From assembly GCF_006345805.1 (NCBI RefSeq), contig NC_043007.1, positions 56,544,001-56,608,000 of the forward strand: 64,000 nucleotides of DNA, read 5' to 3'. The DNA comes from Octopus sinensis (taxonomy: Eukaryota). Below, one piece after another: positions 25,725 through 40,230 of the stretch. The notes under the pieces are model-generated. The model was given only the letters and a program-made list of their open reading frames with translations. It was not told where the DNA came from and made no database searches. The position numbers and the translations under genes are program-made. How positions within the stretch are numbered: position 1 is the first letter of the stretch; each line of letters begins with the position of its first letter.

Positions 25725-26479
25725 TGCACATGAGTAGCAGAGTAAACAACTAATGACTAAAGTCCGATGAAAGTAGCTAAAGTCAGCGTCGGCAGGCGTA
25801 TCTGGGCCGAAACTGTAGCACTCACTGACACGAACTTATCTCATCTTGATTTACATACACACACACACACACACACACACATACACACACACAAATATGT
25901 ATGTATGTATGTATATCTGTGTGTGTGTATCTGTGTGTGTGCGTGTACGCATGCATGGGTATCAATTAGATTTTATCGATTTTCCTTTAAACTTCGGTGA
26001 GCACTGAATCAACTTCTCAACACATTAACAAGAAACAAACATTTCAGTTTCGATAAGAATCTTCTTTTATTTATTTTTGAATTTCATTTCTGCTTGAGTA
26101 TTTACTTATACGCTTCGTGTATGGGTGTGTGTATGTTTTTACGTATGTATTTAGGTGTATAATATACGTATGTATTTGTTTATGTGTGTGTGTGTTTGTG
26201 TATATATTTGTGTGTGTGTGTGTATGCGTGTGCGCGTGTGGGCGTGCAAGCATATATATGGATGCGTAGATGCAGTTGGATATATACAAACTCGAATGAA
26301 GGAATGAGTGGGTGTGTCAATGCTCCAACACGTTTGTTTCAAAATTTCTCAAATATTTCGTTTCTATATCCGATGTACGGGGCGAATCATTGTGTTATAA
26401 ATGTATACATGCTCCCTTGCGCAATTATATATAAAGATACACACGTGCACGAATTATATATCTACATTATATATCTAGT

Positions 26480-26765
26480 TATCTATCTAACTGTCTATGA
26501 ATGGATGTGTGTGTGCACACACACACACACATACACATATATATACATATGTGTATATATATATATATATATACATACACACACACACACACACATATAT
26601 ATATATTTATATCGGAGATCAATACATAAATTTCTATCTATATCTATCACTCTATCTCTCTCGATATATATTTATACGTGTGTTTATAATATAACATACA
26701 TACATATACATATATGTGTGTGTGTGTGTATATATATATATTCATATGTACATATATATATATAT

Positions 26766-26802
<37 letters not shown>

Positions 26803-26969
26803 TGTATGTGAGTGTGTGTATCTATCTGTGTATCTATGTATATCTATATATATATATATGTATGTATGTATATATATGTATTTATGTATATATATATATA
26901 TGTATATATATATGTATATATATATGTGTGTGTGTGTGTCTATCTGTGTATCTATGTATATCTATATAC

Positions 26970-27018
<49 letters not shown>

Positions 27019-27203
27019 TGTATGTATGTATGTATGTATGTATATATATGTATTTATGTATATATATAATGTATATCTATATATATATATATGTATGTAT
27101 GTATATATATGTATTTATGTATATATATATATATGTATATATATATGTATATATATTGTGTGTGTGTTGTGTCTATCTGTGTATCTATGTATATCTATAT
27201 ACA

Positions 27204-27250
<47 letters not shown>

Positions 27251-27339
27251 TGTATGTATGTATGTATGTATGTATATATATGTATTTATGTATATATATT
27301 ATATGTATATATATATATATATATATGTATATAATATAT

Positions 27340-27372
<33 letters not shown>

Positions 27373-27410
27373 TATATATAATATATATATATATATATGT
27401 ATATATATTC
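26480..27410. repeat. Compound (TA)/(TG)/(TATG) microsatellite block with internal re-duplication
   Basis: The motif TCTATCTGTGTATCTATGTATATCTATA recurs at ~26820, ~26940 and ~27170. This block is the source of the spurious 426-aa ORF. Confidence 0.9.
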
Positions 27411-27650
27411 ATGAATGTACATGCCTTCTTACTTATACGCACCCATACACAGATATTTATATAAACTTATAAAAATATATTTATATAATTAAACACAGAT
27501 ATATATGCGTGTACAGTATTTGGATAAACAGACACACAGACGCATACATACTTTCACATACCCATATACATATGCATGCATAATATGAACTTAAAAGATT
27601 GAGCTTAGTAGGCAGACTAATTGACTGATAGATAGACAGACAGACACAGT

Positions 27651-27779
<129 letters not shown>

Positions 27780-28554
27780 CCAGTGCTAAGCCAAGATCTT
27801 TTAATTTGCTACTGAAAAATCATTCAGAGTTAGATGATATTCAACATTTTACGTCTGATCGATGACTGTCTCACCATAGTTATTCATGTACCTAGACTAC
27901 GTCACTCCACTCGCCAGAAACGGTAGCCAAATTTCTCTCAAATCAGTTTATTTCCTGTTTAAAGAATTTGGGAGCACATTAGATACCGTAGCCTTAAAAG
28001 TAGTATTTGAAGAATAAAATACCAGATGTTTACGAACTGATTGGTTTTTATCAGAGCTCTGCTTGATATTGGGTTAATGGAAATTCGTCATATCAACAAT
28101 AAACTTGAAAAGTTTTCAAGTTAGCAGCGATAGTGAATCAATGCTTATGAAAGGTTAATGACATGAAGGCAGCAGGGTTATCTGCACTCCACTTGCATGA
28201 GATCAATATTGTTGATCAGCTTTGGATGGGTATCAATAATATCACTGAGTCAGATTGATAATACACATGTGTAATTCAGTGCTTGTCAGAGTGGACGGTC
28301 CAGCCCCCAGGAGATTGGGTGGGGTGGGTAGCTTATATGGGTACAATGATAAAGGGGATTGTAGTACCAGGCGATAGATGCATTCGCACAGTTTTTTCTT
28401 CTTTTGCTGTCTTTGTTTCTTTTTTTTTTTAAGAAATTAAATGAATAATTATGATAAACTGATTATTAGTCACAATTAAATGAAACAGGATCAACCAATA
28501 ATGATAGGCGTCGAAAGATGAATAAGCACAGAATAAATAACATAGTAACATATA

Positions 28555-28927
28555 TCGTGGCACTACGTCGGTTACGACGGCGAGGGTTCCAGTTGATCCG
28601 ATAAACGGAACAGCCTGCTCGTGAAATTAACCTGTAATTGACTGAGCACTCTACGGACACGTGTACCTTTAACGTAGTTCTCGGGGAGATTCAGCGTGAC
28701 AGGCTGGCCCTTTGAAATACAGATACAACAGAAACAGGAAGAAAGAGTGAGAGAAAGTTGTGGTGAAAGAGTACAACAGAGTTCGCCACCACTCCCTGCC
28801 GGAGCTTCGTGGAACTTTAGGTGTTTTCGCTCAATAAACACTTACAACGCCAGGTCTGGGAATCGAAACCACGATCCCACGACCGCGAGTCCGCTGCCTT
28901 AACCACTGGGCCATTGTGCCTCCACAC
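28555..28927 (-). mobile_element. SINE family C, near full length
   Basis: Minus strand GGAGGCACAATGGCCCAGTGGTTAAGGCAGCGGACTCGCGGTCGTGGGATCGTGGTTTCGATTCCC through to GAACCCTCG.CGTCGTAACCGAC. Confidence 0.9.
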
Positions 28928-29614
28928 AGTATATATGCTCCAGGCGTGTAAGTTATAAACAACAAAGTAAAGCAAAATTTAGAAGACATTGTCAAAATTT
29001 GTGGGCATTTCCATACTTACAAGGCGACCCCTGCACCTATAGCGTTATGTCACATCCTTACGTGTGTGTGTGTATGTGTGTGTGTGCATGCGTGTGCGCG
29101 CGCACGCGCGCCAACGCATGCGGACGAAAATATACATTTGATGAGTTAAATTTTGTCAAATTGGATAGTATTTCTAAAGGCGAGGAATCAACAGTCTAAA
29201 GTACTTGTCTAACCCACTGAAATGAACGGAATCGAGAATATTTTCTCATTCAATTTACAACAGAGAGGCGGCACACGCAGTGCAATTCCTGGGGCATATT
29301 ACATTCACTCTAATCACGTAGTTCTGTCTTAAAGCAAGGCTAACTGGGTATTTACCCAGGGACTCCTAATGGACTAGAGCCTTTAACGTTAATCTAATGT
29401 ATACTGTGGCATAGGTTGTATATACAGGTGTTGCTGTGCATTGCTTTGCTAGGGGCCTTATTGTGCTGAGAGAAATGTCTTTCTAACAGGAGTGGAATGT
29501 TAACACAAATTTACGAGACGTTCTCACTAAACTAGCGGGATTTTTCACTACTCTTGCGAGAACATTTACACATTTAAAAACTGAGTATATGAGTAATTAT
29601 GTTTAGTTTTTTTA

Positions 29615-29765
29615 CTTGTTTCCATCATTTGACTGCGGCCATGCTGGGGCACTGCCTTGAAAAGTTTTAGTGGAACAAATCGACGCCAGAATTTTTAAAG
29701 CTTAGGTTACTTTTATAGAACTGGTTAGGCACGGGGACACACAAACACTGTTTGTCAAGTGTGAT
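29615..29765 (-). mobile_element. SINE family B, 3' tail
   Basis: Reverse complement of the family B tail (TTTGACTGCGGCCATGCTGGGGCACTGCC). Confidence 0.75.
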
Positions 29766-29825
29766 GAGGGACAAGACAGGCACATCACACATTGATATAT
29801 ATATATGTAATGTATATATATATAT

Positions 29826-29864
<39 letters not shown>

Positions 29865-29904
29865 ATACATACGTATTTGTACATAGGCACATGATCTATG
29901 TGTG

Positions 29905-31510
29905 GAAGAGGAGCTAAGACGCGCGTACGCGGATGACATCTCAATCATCGTGGCGGACGAGGGCCAGCTTCCAGTGGTGGAAGAAGCTATCAAAAGTTAC
30001 GAGGCGGTGGCAGGAGCAAAGGTTAACAAGGACAAGTCAATTGGTTTTCAGCTCGGCACCTGGAGGGGCAAGCCGATGCCGTCCAATAACGTCGTGAGGC
30101 GTTGAACTGAAGGTCCTGTTAAGCTGCTCGGAGTCTGGTTCGGGCCAGACCTCCAGATAGAGAAAAATTGGAGTGATGTGGCCAGCAAGGTGACTGCTCT
30201 AACCCAGACCTGGTCTGGGCGGGCGTTATCCTTGCTAGGAAAGGCGGAGGGGTGCAGATGTTTATAGCATCGGTTATCACCTACCGCCTGACCGTGGTGC
30301 CTTGCCCCGATTTGTGGCTGAACAAGTTGGAGAGAATCCTTTTCCACTTTTTGTGGAAGGGAGGAAAGCCACACGTGAAGCGCTCTGTCTGCTGCTAGAA
30401 ATCGCTAAAGGGTGGGCTAGGGATGCCTTGGCTGAGGATGCGAAAATTCGCGTTAAGGTTGAGGCACCTCTGGTTTTACCTGGATGGAGAGCAGGTGTGG
30501 TCACCGCACGTTCGGTTCTACCTTCCGCAATTAACGTTCTTAACGGACATTGGTAATTGGATCAAGCAGAGACCTAGGCTGGGGTACTGGCAATTGGAGT
30601 GCCGCCAGGCACTTCAGCTACTCTCTCGGGCGGGAAATGCCTGCAACCAGAGTTCCACCGCGGATTTCTATAGTGGGTTAGTGGAGGTTAAGTCCGAAGA
30701 CGCCTTGGGGGAGATCATGGGCTACGATGAAAATCAGTTAATCAACCTCTTCCGGAGAACTTTCGGGCCGGGGTATCTGGACAATTACCAGAAATCTCTG
30801 GCTTGGCAGTGCTTCCGTGCGGCGTTACCTGTTCGTGATAAACTGTCAAGGCACGGAAGTGCCGTCTCGCCGACATGTCCGAGGTGCGGGCAGGACAGGG
30901 AAACCGTCTTGCACGTATTTGTGGAGTGTCCGGAATTAACGGGACTGATAGTTTTCGCAGAGCAACTGTTGTCATCGATGGGAAGAGTACAGCTATCAAC
31001 TGAATCTATCATCGAGATGTTGCCTTCTCCTTCCCTTAACAGGGAAAGGAAGGCTTGCTTTTTCTGCATAGTAGCCATACTGAAAGAAACAGTATGGAAG
31101 ACGCGTGTGAGAGGCATAGTGTCGGGTACCTTTATATCCGGCCAGGGATTGGTTAACTTTTTTAGTTACCACCTCAGTAATAAGATCAGGCTGGAGAAAA
31201 GGTACCTGTCACGAGACAGATTCATGCGAAGATGGAAGCCTGTGGCGAGGAAGCTGGGAGTGTTTGACACCTGGTAAGTGGAAGCCAAAAACAGGAAAGA
31301 AAAAGCAAGGGGTCTACCCTGGTGGTCGGATGCCTATCCTTCAGAGAAACCATTACAAATTTCATTTGTAATGAGCAACGCTTAAGTCAAAAGTTATAAA
31401 CATATTTATTAAATTATTGTAAATTTTAAATTGTAAATATTTAATCGCTACAGCTACTTCACCCTTTTATCTTTGTTCTTGTTCGTCCCTCTTTGTAATG
31501 CCTTCATGGC
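29905..31510 (+). mobile_element. Second 5'-truncated L1/Tx1-clade LINE (different subfamily)
   Basis: AYADD...GAKVNKDKS...LLGVWFGPDLQIEKNW...GGLGMPWL...CPRCGQDRETVLHVFVECP. Clearly homologous to but diverged from 22725-25588; several stops and a frameshift. Confidence 0.92.
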
Positions 31511-31995
31511 AATATTATGAAATAAGTAGCTTGCTTTACTAACCAATGGTTCCGGGTTTCACTGCGTGGCAACCTTGGGAAGTGGTCTTCTACTGTAGTT
31601 TCGGGCCGACACAACCTTGTGAGCGGATTTGGTAGACGAAAACTGAAAGAAATCCCGTCGTATATATATGTATAATATATGTATATATATCTATATATAT
31701 ATATATATATATATAGATATATATATATATATATATATAATATATATATTATATATATCTAAATAAATGCTCCTTTTAAAGGCTAGCCAGGTTCATAGGC
31801 CCGATATATATATATGTATGTGTGTGTGTATAATTGTTTGTGTATCTGTGCTTGTCCCCCCAACATCGCTTGACAACCGATGCTGGTGTGTTTACGTCCC
31901 CGTAAAGCGACCGATAGAATAAGTACTAGGCTTACAAAGAATATATCTCGTGGCCGATTTGCTCAAATGACTGAAACAAGTAAAAGAGTAAAAGA
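31505..31995 (+). mobile_element. SINE family B (split by microsatellite)
   Basis: Head GGTTCCGGG..CACTGCGTGGCAACCTTGGG and tail CGATAGAATAAGTACTAGGCTTACAAAGAA...ATGACTGAAACAAGTAAAAGA. Confidence 0.8.
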
Positions 31996-33099
31996 GTATG
32001 TTTATTTACGCCTGCACACATAAGTACACAGCAATCAAAATACACACACTTATATAGGTATGTATATATGTGTGTGCGCAAGCGTGTGCGTATGTGTATT
32101 TATATGTACATGCATATGTGTGTGTATGTGTGTGTGTATGTACATACATTTATATACATATGTATACATGCATATGTACGTACGTTTAAATGTTTTCTAT
32201 TGATATGTTTTCCTGAAAATATTTCTCTGTGTGCACATATGATTATGTGTAAGTATAGCTGTATGTGTAAGCATATGTATATATGCATGTGTATAAGTAC
32301 ATGCATGCATGTCTATATATGTGAATGGATATCCTCATCGTTATTTATTTAGATGTTTTAGTGTATATTAAAATATTAAAACTGACAGGTTTTATATGTG
32401 CATATGTTTTCATACATATGTACGTATATGTGCATTTTTTGTGGGCATGTAGGAATTTACATGTAGAAAAGTATGCATTTTTTTCAGATAAGGATGTAGA
32501 ATATAAATATATATATATACACATACATGCATACATGCGTGTGCGCGCACACACATACACACACACACCCACACACACACCCACACACACATAATGTGAC
32601 TGCAATAAACATTAAAAAGAGAAATGCATAAAGGGACACGTTCAACAAACATTGTATTAGTTTATAGCTTTAACTGAAAGAGGAAGTCACTCAACGTTTC
32701 GGACTTTAGGCCTTCATCAATAAAAAGAATCAGAGTCAGAGAGAGAGAGAGAGAGAAAGACATAGTGAGAGGTTGAGAGGAAGAGAGAGAGAGAGATAGA
32801 AATAAACAGGGAAAAAGGAGGATCAAAAGTTTGAAAATGTGGGAATGCTATTCTATGAGGGAAAGTAGAACTGGAAGGAAGGTGTGTGCGTAGTGCCTTG
32901 TGTGTGTACACACGTACACACACACACACACACACTCATCACACATACACACATACACACATACACTTTTATTTATACATACATATATAGCTCATAGATG
33001 GGAATCTAATTATTCTTCGTATAGAAAACACTTAGTAGTGCTCAAGAGATTTCAACTTGAGCGGGTATAAAAGTAAATGTAGTGATAAGCAAGTTAGGC

Positions 33100-33595
33100 A
33101 GGTCAATATATAAATTATATTAAATACATGAAAAACAAAATGTATATATGTTTACATAGATAAGGGTCTGACTTACATAGAATGCAGACAATATAGAGAA
33201 TCAACGGGGTTGAAGAGAGGTATGACAAATGCAACAGCTGTTTCTGGGGGCTCGTTGGTCCAAAATAATGCTTGTAGATTGATTCCATCGTAGGATGAGA
33301 CGAGCCTCCGTCTTCAAGGAAGAGATCGAATATTTGCAATGTTAAAAGAAAGAAGTTCAAAATATTCCATTTTATCATGTTGAACCTTTAATTTCTACAC
33401 ATTTTTCTCTCTCGGTTTTTTTTTTTTTTTTTTTTTTTACTTTCGCTCCGTTTATTTTTACTTCTTAATCCCATCTATCGAAGAGCATAAGCTCGAAACG
33501 TAATAGACTTTTCCATTGTTCCCGATCGTTAAACTAATACACCTGCTTGTCCTTTCTAAACCTGTCTTCGTTTTTTGTTTTCTGTAAATTATATA
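33100..33595 (+). mobile_element. Probable Penelope-like 3' fragment with a variant hammerhead motif at 33471-33506
   Basis: Same terminal repeat as 7288-7476. Upstream frames give only weak GIY-YIG-like hints (CIYVY..TYIE..TGLKRGMT; KFKIFHF). Confidence 0.45.
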
Positions 33596-33849
33596 CACAT
33601 ATATATATGTGTGTGTGTGTGTGCGTGTGTATGTGTGTGTGTCTGTATGTATATATGCATGCTTGTATGCATTATGCGTGCATACATACATAATTGCATG
33701 CATGCATGCATTCATACATACATACATTAATACATACATACATACATACATATATACATACATACATACATACAAACATACATACATACATACATACATA
33801 CATACATACATACATACATACATACATACATACATACATACACATACAT

Positions 33850-34385
33850 ACATTGTCCGAAAATGTCATCACGATATAATCTACCGATGTGATATGATGT
33901 TGTAGCTAGGAATTATATATTGAATCCTCCGAAAGGATAACCCCGAGAACAAAGAAATAAGAACCCACAGTATGGTAGAAGCCATAACCACTCATAATTA
34001 AAAGGAGTACTAGTGGAATGTCCCGGTGAAAACCTAAATAGAATGTAAGCACAACAGGTCTGATTTTGGATAGAGAAGAGAAACTCTGTACAGTTGTGGA
34101 AATTAGCTGCCCAGTGGATGTTAACATAAAGCTGAAGATCAGCGAAAAACTGAATACCTATGCTGAACTATTAAGAAATCGGAAATTACTCTATCCAGAT
34201 TATAAATTCATATTTATACCTGTAATTATTGGGGCACTGGAATATGCAATACACTGACTAAATGTCAATCTTGGGAAATTAGGCTTCCCAAAACCATAAG
34301 AGAAAGCTGATTCGAAGATAGATTCAAGCTATCACTGGAACTGTAAGAATCTGGAAAACTTTCTAGAAATTTGTCATTTAAGTAT
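33850..34385 (+). mobile_element. R4/Dong-like LINE 3' end (restriction-like endonuclease remnant)
   Basis: LPM*YDVVAR...CKHNR.D...EKLCTVVEISCPVDVNIKLKISEKLNTYAEL...FIPVIIGALE matches the RLE pattern RPD..IIE..CP.D...EK..KY...PVVIGALG. Confidence 0.8.
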
Positions 34386-34776
34386 ATATGATCATGTCTA
34401 GATATGCAACTATATGCATGAGAATACATACACAAAACAAAAACAAAAACATACAAATCTGAATGTATACATAGACACATGCATACATGCATATATGCAT
34501 ACATACATACATACATACATACGAAAATATCCTTTTGATGTTGCAATTGCAATGAAGAAGTTTTGGGTTTAGGTTTAAAACCGGCTCTTTCTCTATTGGC
34601 AAGAAATCTTGAAATAATACTAAATAATGACATACATATAGACATACATACATACCATAGGTACAATTAAATACTACATGATATCATTTTAGAGCCGCCG
34701 AACAGGCTCTAAAACATCACCCCGATTAGATTATAGGTACACACTCACACAAACACACACGCACGCACACGCACAC

Positions 34777-34859
<83 letters not shown>

Positions 34860-34931
34860 ATATATAATGTCGCCTCGGGTCGACTAAATCCTTCTGATTG
34901 GATTTCAAAGGCAAAAGCCGAAAGAATCCTG

Positions 34932-34976
<45 letters not shown>

Positions 34977-34978
34977 CA

Positions 34979-35010
<32 letters not shown>

Positions 35011-35608
35011 CATATATAATAATATATACATATACATATATATATATATTTATATGTACAAACACACACACATATATATATATTTATTTATTTATATGTA
35101 TACATATACATATACATACATACATAGATATTAGATTCGATGGCAACTCTAACTTGCCTTTATTCTCGTGAATAGATCACCAGTGTAAGAAAATATTAAG
35201 TTGAAAAGTAGAACACTAATAAGACATAATTGAAAGGAAAGAACTTATTGGATAACTGTTTAGAAAATAATACAGAAAATGTAAAATCGATAATCATATA
35301 AAGAATTTCGAAGCCTACCCTCACCGAAAGATTCCCCAGTCAACTTTGGGGTCCTGTCTCTCGTCATTCATCTCACCTCTACATATTTATTTATAAATAT
35401 ACATAGTTGTGTGTAGGTGTGTTTGGTATGTCTCTATATCACATCTGTTTCTGTTATAAAAATATCTAGAAATACCTATAACGATATGTGTGTACGTGTG
35501 TATGTGTGTGTGTCTGTGAGTGTGTCTGTGTGTATGTCTGTGTGTGTGTGTGTGTGTTAAGAAAGAGAGAGACAGACAGACAGACAGACAAACAGAGAAA
35601 GTATGTGT

Positions 35609-35647
<39 letters not shown>

Positions 35648-36099
35648 TTGGCGGAAATAGTACAAAAGTGACCGGGAGCCAAGCTTTTGACATATAGTGA
35701 ATACAAGTCTGAGTTCCAGTTATATTAGTATATACTTGTCAAAGTTTTTGTTTATATTATAGCAAGAATCCTTGCAGGCTTGGAGGAACCGTAAAGTCGC
35801 TAAATTCACCATTTATGCTTCTTGATCGTCACAGTCTTATCTTCATGATGAAGGGATGTTAGCAGGTATTACTATCTCTTTATAGTAGGCAGGGCCATGT
35901 GACAGGCGTGAATGCTACAGCCATAATTTGAATATTCATTAGACTTATGCCATCATCATCAGCAGCAGCAGCGGCGGCATCATTGTACGAGATCAATGGG
36001 AATGCACGTGCTATCATAATAAGATTTCTATAACACAGATAGAGCCGAGCTTGCACTCTTTCTAATCATGAAAAACCTAGACTGAACACCAATCCGTTA

Positions 36100-36268
36100 A
36101 AAGATTAGCCCCCCCACCCACTTTGCCACCGCTGCCGCTGCTACTGCTGCTGCTATCTCGGTTGAGTGAAAGGTAATATCTTGCTCAAGAACAAATACGC
36201 CACCCGGACCGGATATCAAAACCATGATTACACGATCGTAAATCTAATACCTTAACCACTAGGCCACA
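36100..36268 (-). mobile_element. Degenerate SINE fragment
   Basis: Minus strand tRNA-like head GTGGCCTAGTGGTTAAGG...ATCGTGTAATCATGGTTTTGATATCCGG. Confidence 0.5.
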
Positions 36269-37281
36269 GTATATGTAATCAGGAAGTTGTTTATTTGCCT
36301 TTGTGACTGATGTGTACTCTTGTTTGTGTGTTTATTTTAGTGTTGTGCTATTCTATCAGTATTACGTTCATGTACCTATTAAGACGAATGTATCATCCAC
36401 CCACCTAGACTAAATCATCTTTATGTATTTTTCTTCAATGTTGCCACATGGAATGCGGTGAGTGTGGTCTCGAAAGAAGAACTTATAGTTACTACATTTT
36501 ATAGTCATATGTTTCTTTTTGTAGATAGTGAATGTGTACTCTATGCTCTTCAATACACTTTTTCTTTTAGTATATTAGCTGGTACAGTGGGAGATTTCAT
36601 TTTGGAGCATTTGCATACATTATATAAGATTTCTATTGTTTCTACTATAAAATACATTCCACAAACTGAATGCATATTGAATAGATGGACACATTATAAA
36701 AACTCAACAAGAGGTACATTATAAAGACCTTTTAAAATGAAATACAAAATATATTACACCAAATGATAATCTAGCTAGCACTAATAACATACTTCAAAAA
36801 CAGTAAGATTCAAACCTTCTTATCAACAACAAATCATAACATGTGAACCTGAGAAGGTACAGATTACCAATCTAAATGATTATAACGATTGCAAATACGA
36901 AAGATACAAACTTGATAATTCTAACAATTAGCCATACATGTACGACACTCAACCACCGAAACAAGGGCAAATGCAAATATAACTGCACCAAACAACTAAA
37001 TCTGAAAAAAAAAAGAATAAAATACTTCTATAGATAACAAAATTCCGCACAAAAAACAAATAAACTATAAATGATAGAAGCATTACTCATAATATCAGAC
37101 AGATAGAACACACATACGTAGATATCATATACCAGTCACAAACAAATAATAATTCTGACTGATGTCTTAAGAATTTCGTTCTGTCAGTCAGGTCTGGTAC
37201 CAACATATTGGCTTTATTTTATGAAATATAAGGCAGCAATAGATACCAATAACTGTTCTATGAATGCCCCAATGTGTGTGT

Positions 37282-37329
<48 letters not shown>

Positions 37330-37815
37330 TATTCGTAAGGTAATTGTCTGTTATCCATTTTATTTTCACGTGCATTACTATGAGCATCGTTTCCATCATC
37401 TATTTTAGAAATTCTGTACATTATAATTATATTGTTTACTGCATCTTTTATCGAGTTATTTTTGTGTTGTACGGTGAAGTGTATTTCAATTGATCCCTGA
37501 AGTAAATGGTCGGGGGTCGTGAGACTTGTATGACCAATATAAAATTTCGTTTGGTATTGGTTAAAAACTTGAAAGTTTACAAACAAATTTGTAACTTACA
37601 TTGATTGTCTTTATTAGCATGATGGTAGCTTTGCCTATAGGTGGTTAGTGATTGACAAGAAGGTTTTTCGTTTAAAGTTTATTGTTTTCTGCCGTATCTT
37701 ATTAGTGTAATTTTACGGTTTGGTATTTGTGTTCTGATTTATGAGAGCTTTCTTTATCTGTTTATTTCTTGTCTACACTTTGTGTTGCTTGTGTATTTTT
37801 AATAAATATATCTCA

Positions 37816-38015
37816 TAAGGCGGTGAGCAGGCAGAATCGTTAGTATGTCAGACAAAATGCTTAGCGCATTTCTCAGGCTTTGCATTCTGAGTTAAAATGC
37901 GACGAGTTCGACTTTTCCTTTCATCCTTTCGGGCCGATAAAATAAGCACCAGTTAAGTACTGAGATCGATGTCACCGACTTACCCTCTCCCTAAAGTTGC
38001 TGAAATTATGCCAAA
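37816..38015 (+). mobile_element. SINE family A
   Basis: TAAGGCGGTGAGCAGGCAGAATCGTTAG...CGACTTT.CCTTTCATCCTTTCGGG.CGATAAAATAAG.ACCAGTT. Confidence 0.85.
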
Positions 38016-38031
38016 ATTTGAAATCTCTCTT

Positions 38032-38062
<31 letters not shown>

Positions 38063-38524
38063 ATAACACAATGCCTAAGGTAAGGCTCAAACAAGCTCTG
38101 TTTTGAAAGAAAATAACGTAACAGTTACGAGTGTAAAATGTTTGTATCGATGACTAAAAGCAAATATGTTAGCAAAATAAACAATTTACTTAGCGACAAA
38201 ACAAATTTATACAGATCTACATATTCTACAAATTTAATATGACGCAATTAAAAATTAAATTGAATTAACTACTTCATCCCGAAAATGAAATTGTGAGGGT
38301 GTATACAAACATTGACGATGAATTTCAAACCCTACCCCTAAACTAACTGTAAGCAACTCAAGCGTAAATGTTGGAAAAAAATAACCCGCCCCCACCCAAA
38401 AAATACTGGGAAAAGAATTTTGTTTCTCAATGCCAAAAGCAAAGCCCACTGTATATATATATATATTAAATATATATATGATATATATATAATATACCAT
38501 ACATACATATATATTATTATACAT

Positions 38525-38642
38525 TCACGTGATCACGTGACCGACCAGACCATCATATGTTGTTACAACATCGCTGGTCACAATGCGTTCGCATTGTTTT
38601 AGCCTTCGAATGACGCCACCCCGCTGGCTAAGCGAGCAGGCC

Positions 38643-38645
<3 letters not shown>
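38525..38645 (-). mobile_element. SINE family C tail
   Basis: Reverse complement of 19405-19525 (GGCCTGCTCGCTTAGCCAG.GGGGTGGCGTCATT). Confidence 0.8.
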
Positions 38646-38727
<82 letters not shown>

Positions 38728-38742
38728 ATATATATTATATAT

Positions 38743-39794
38743 TGTTACGAAATCCCACCTGCCGTCGCTCAAACTCTTCGGGAAAACCGGGACCCTACCA
38801 AGTCGAGCGACGACGATTCACCAGCCCGATCGATCGACGAACTCGCCACGGACTCAAGGAGAGAGAGAATAACTCGGTGAGGGGGAAAGCGGCAGCAACT
38901 CGGCAGTCGGCGACCGGAGATAACAACAACAACAACAGGAAGAGACACAAAGAGAGACACGGTGGAAGGCAATTTGGCTTACATTTAACAACAGTTTATA
39001 CAATTATTACAACATCAAATAAATCAAAGATACATCAGGTATACATTAAAGAAAACAACAAATCAAATTAAAGCATGCAGATACAGTTCAATACATTTCA
39101 GATCAATTAATGTTCACGATACAGTTCAAAGTTCTTTAAAGTTTTTCTCCTTCTTCCTTTCTTTTCAACAACTCTTTTACTTAATTCACAATGTCTTTAC
39201 ACAGTTCTTTCTTTTTCCTCTTTCCTTCCTTCACATATCAATTCTTTTACATTTCAACATCAATACAACAATCAAATACATACCGTACAACAGCCAATGC
39301 CTTACATCGTAGTCCCTCTCTCCTAGCTCTGTAATACTATCTGTCTGTCTAATACTATCTGTCTAATACTATCTGTAATACTATCTGTCTGTCCTCTACG
39401 CTATCGCCGCCTCACACCGTAATCCTATCTGCCTGTCTTCCTCTTTCAGTTCACCGTCACACTCTCCCTGTCATCCCTCAGATTATCTGTCTGTCTTTCT
39501 CAACTGACCGCCTCCTCCGGCCTCTTTTGCTGTCTCAGCAGAACTCCTCAACTGCCCTGTTACCAACTCACTTTCTCCGGCCGAACTGTGTCCAACAGTC
39601 TCACAGCCCCTGCCTTTTATAGGGTAGCTTCCTCGACCCTTCTTTGACCGGAAAAAGGGTAGAGGTCTTTCCGAAAGCCATTACTCTTTCGTGAATCTGA
39701 CACAACAAAGGACAATAACTTTAGATTCCAGACTTTCAGACTACAAACGAGCAAAGTAGGTCACAGCAGTTGTTTCCTAATTGACCACTCATAA

Positions 39795-39797
<3 letters not shown>
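38743..39797 (-). mobile_element. Solo LTR (~1055 bp) inserted in a (TA)n tract
   Basis: Begins TGTTAC and ends TAACCA (TG...CA). CCTATAAAAGG TATA box on the minus strand near 39612-39622. Internal TAATACTATCTGT tandem repeats, no coding capacity, (TA)n on both sides. Confidence 0.65.
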
Positions 39798-39866
<69 letters not shown>

Positions 39867-40182
39867 CTTCCATTCTTTCACGTTTCAATCATTTGACTGC
39901 GCCCATGCCTTAATAAGCATACATACATTCATGCATACATATGTACGTACCTAATGTACATACATACATATATGTGTGAATATATTCACCACCTCTTCAC
40001 CACCTTTGGATTCTCAGGACTTCCGCAAGCAGTGTGTAATTTTGAAACATTTTTAACTTTCGTTTCTCAGTCCATACTGCGGACATTTCTACCTCCCAGA
40101 CATTGCACTGATTGTAGAACTGCTTAGACTTTTCGCACTTCATTTTCTTTTTCTCGTGTATGTAAGCATGTATGCACGTATT

Positions 40183-40230
<48 letters not shown>

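Noticed and set aside
25770-25830. CCGATGA and GGC..GCC-GAAAC-T-GTA fragments
   Set aside because: The core and helices cannot be placed in one register.
26184-27464. 426-aa ORF and the many other I/Y/V/C/H/T-rich ORFs in the track
   Set aside because: They are translations of (TA)n, (TG)n, (TATG)n and (GATA)n microsatellites, which lack stops in some frames.
34132-34150. CTGAAGA-TCAGC-GAAA
   Set aside because: It lies inside the RLE coding remnant and has no helix I or III.
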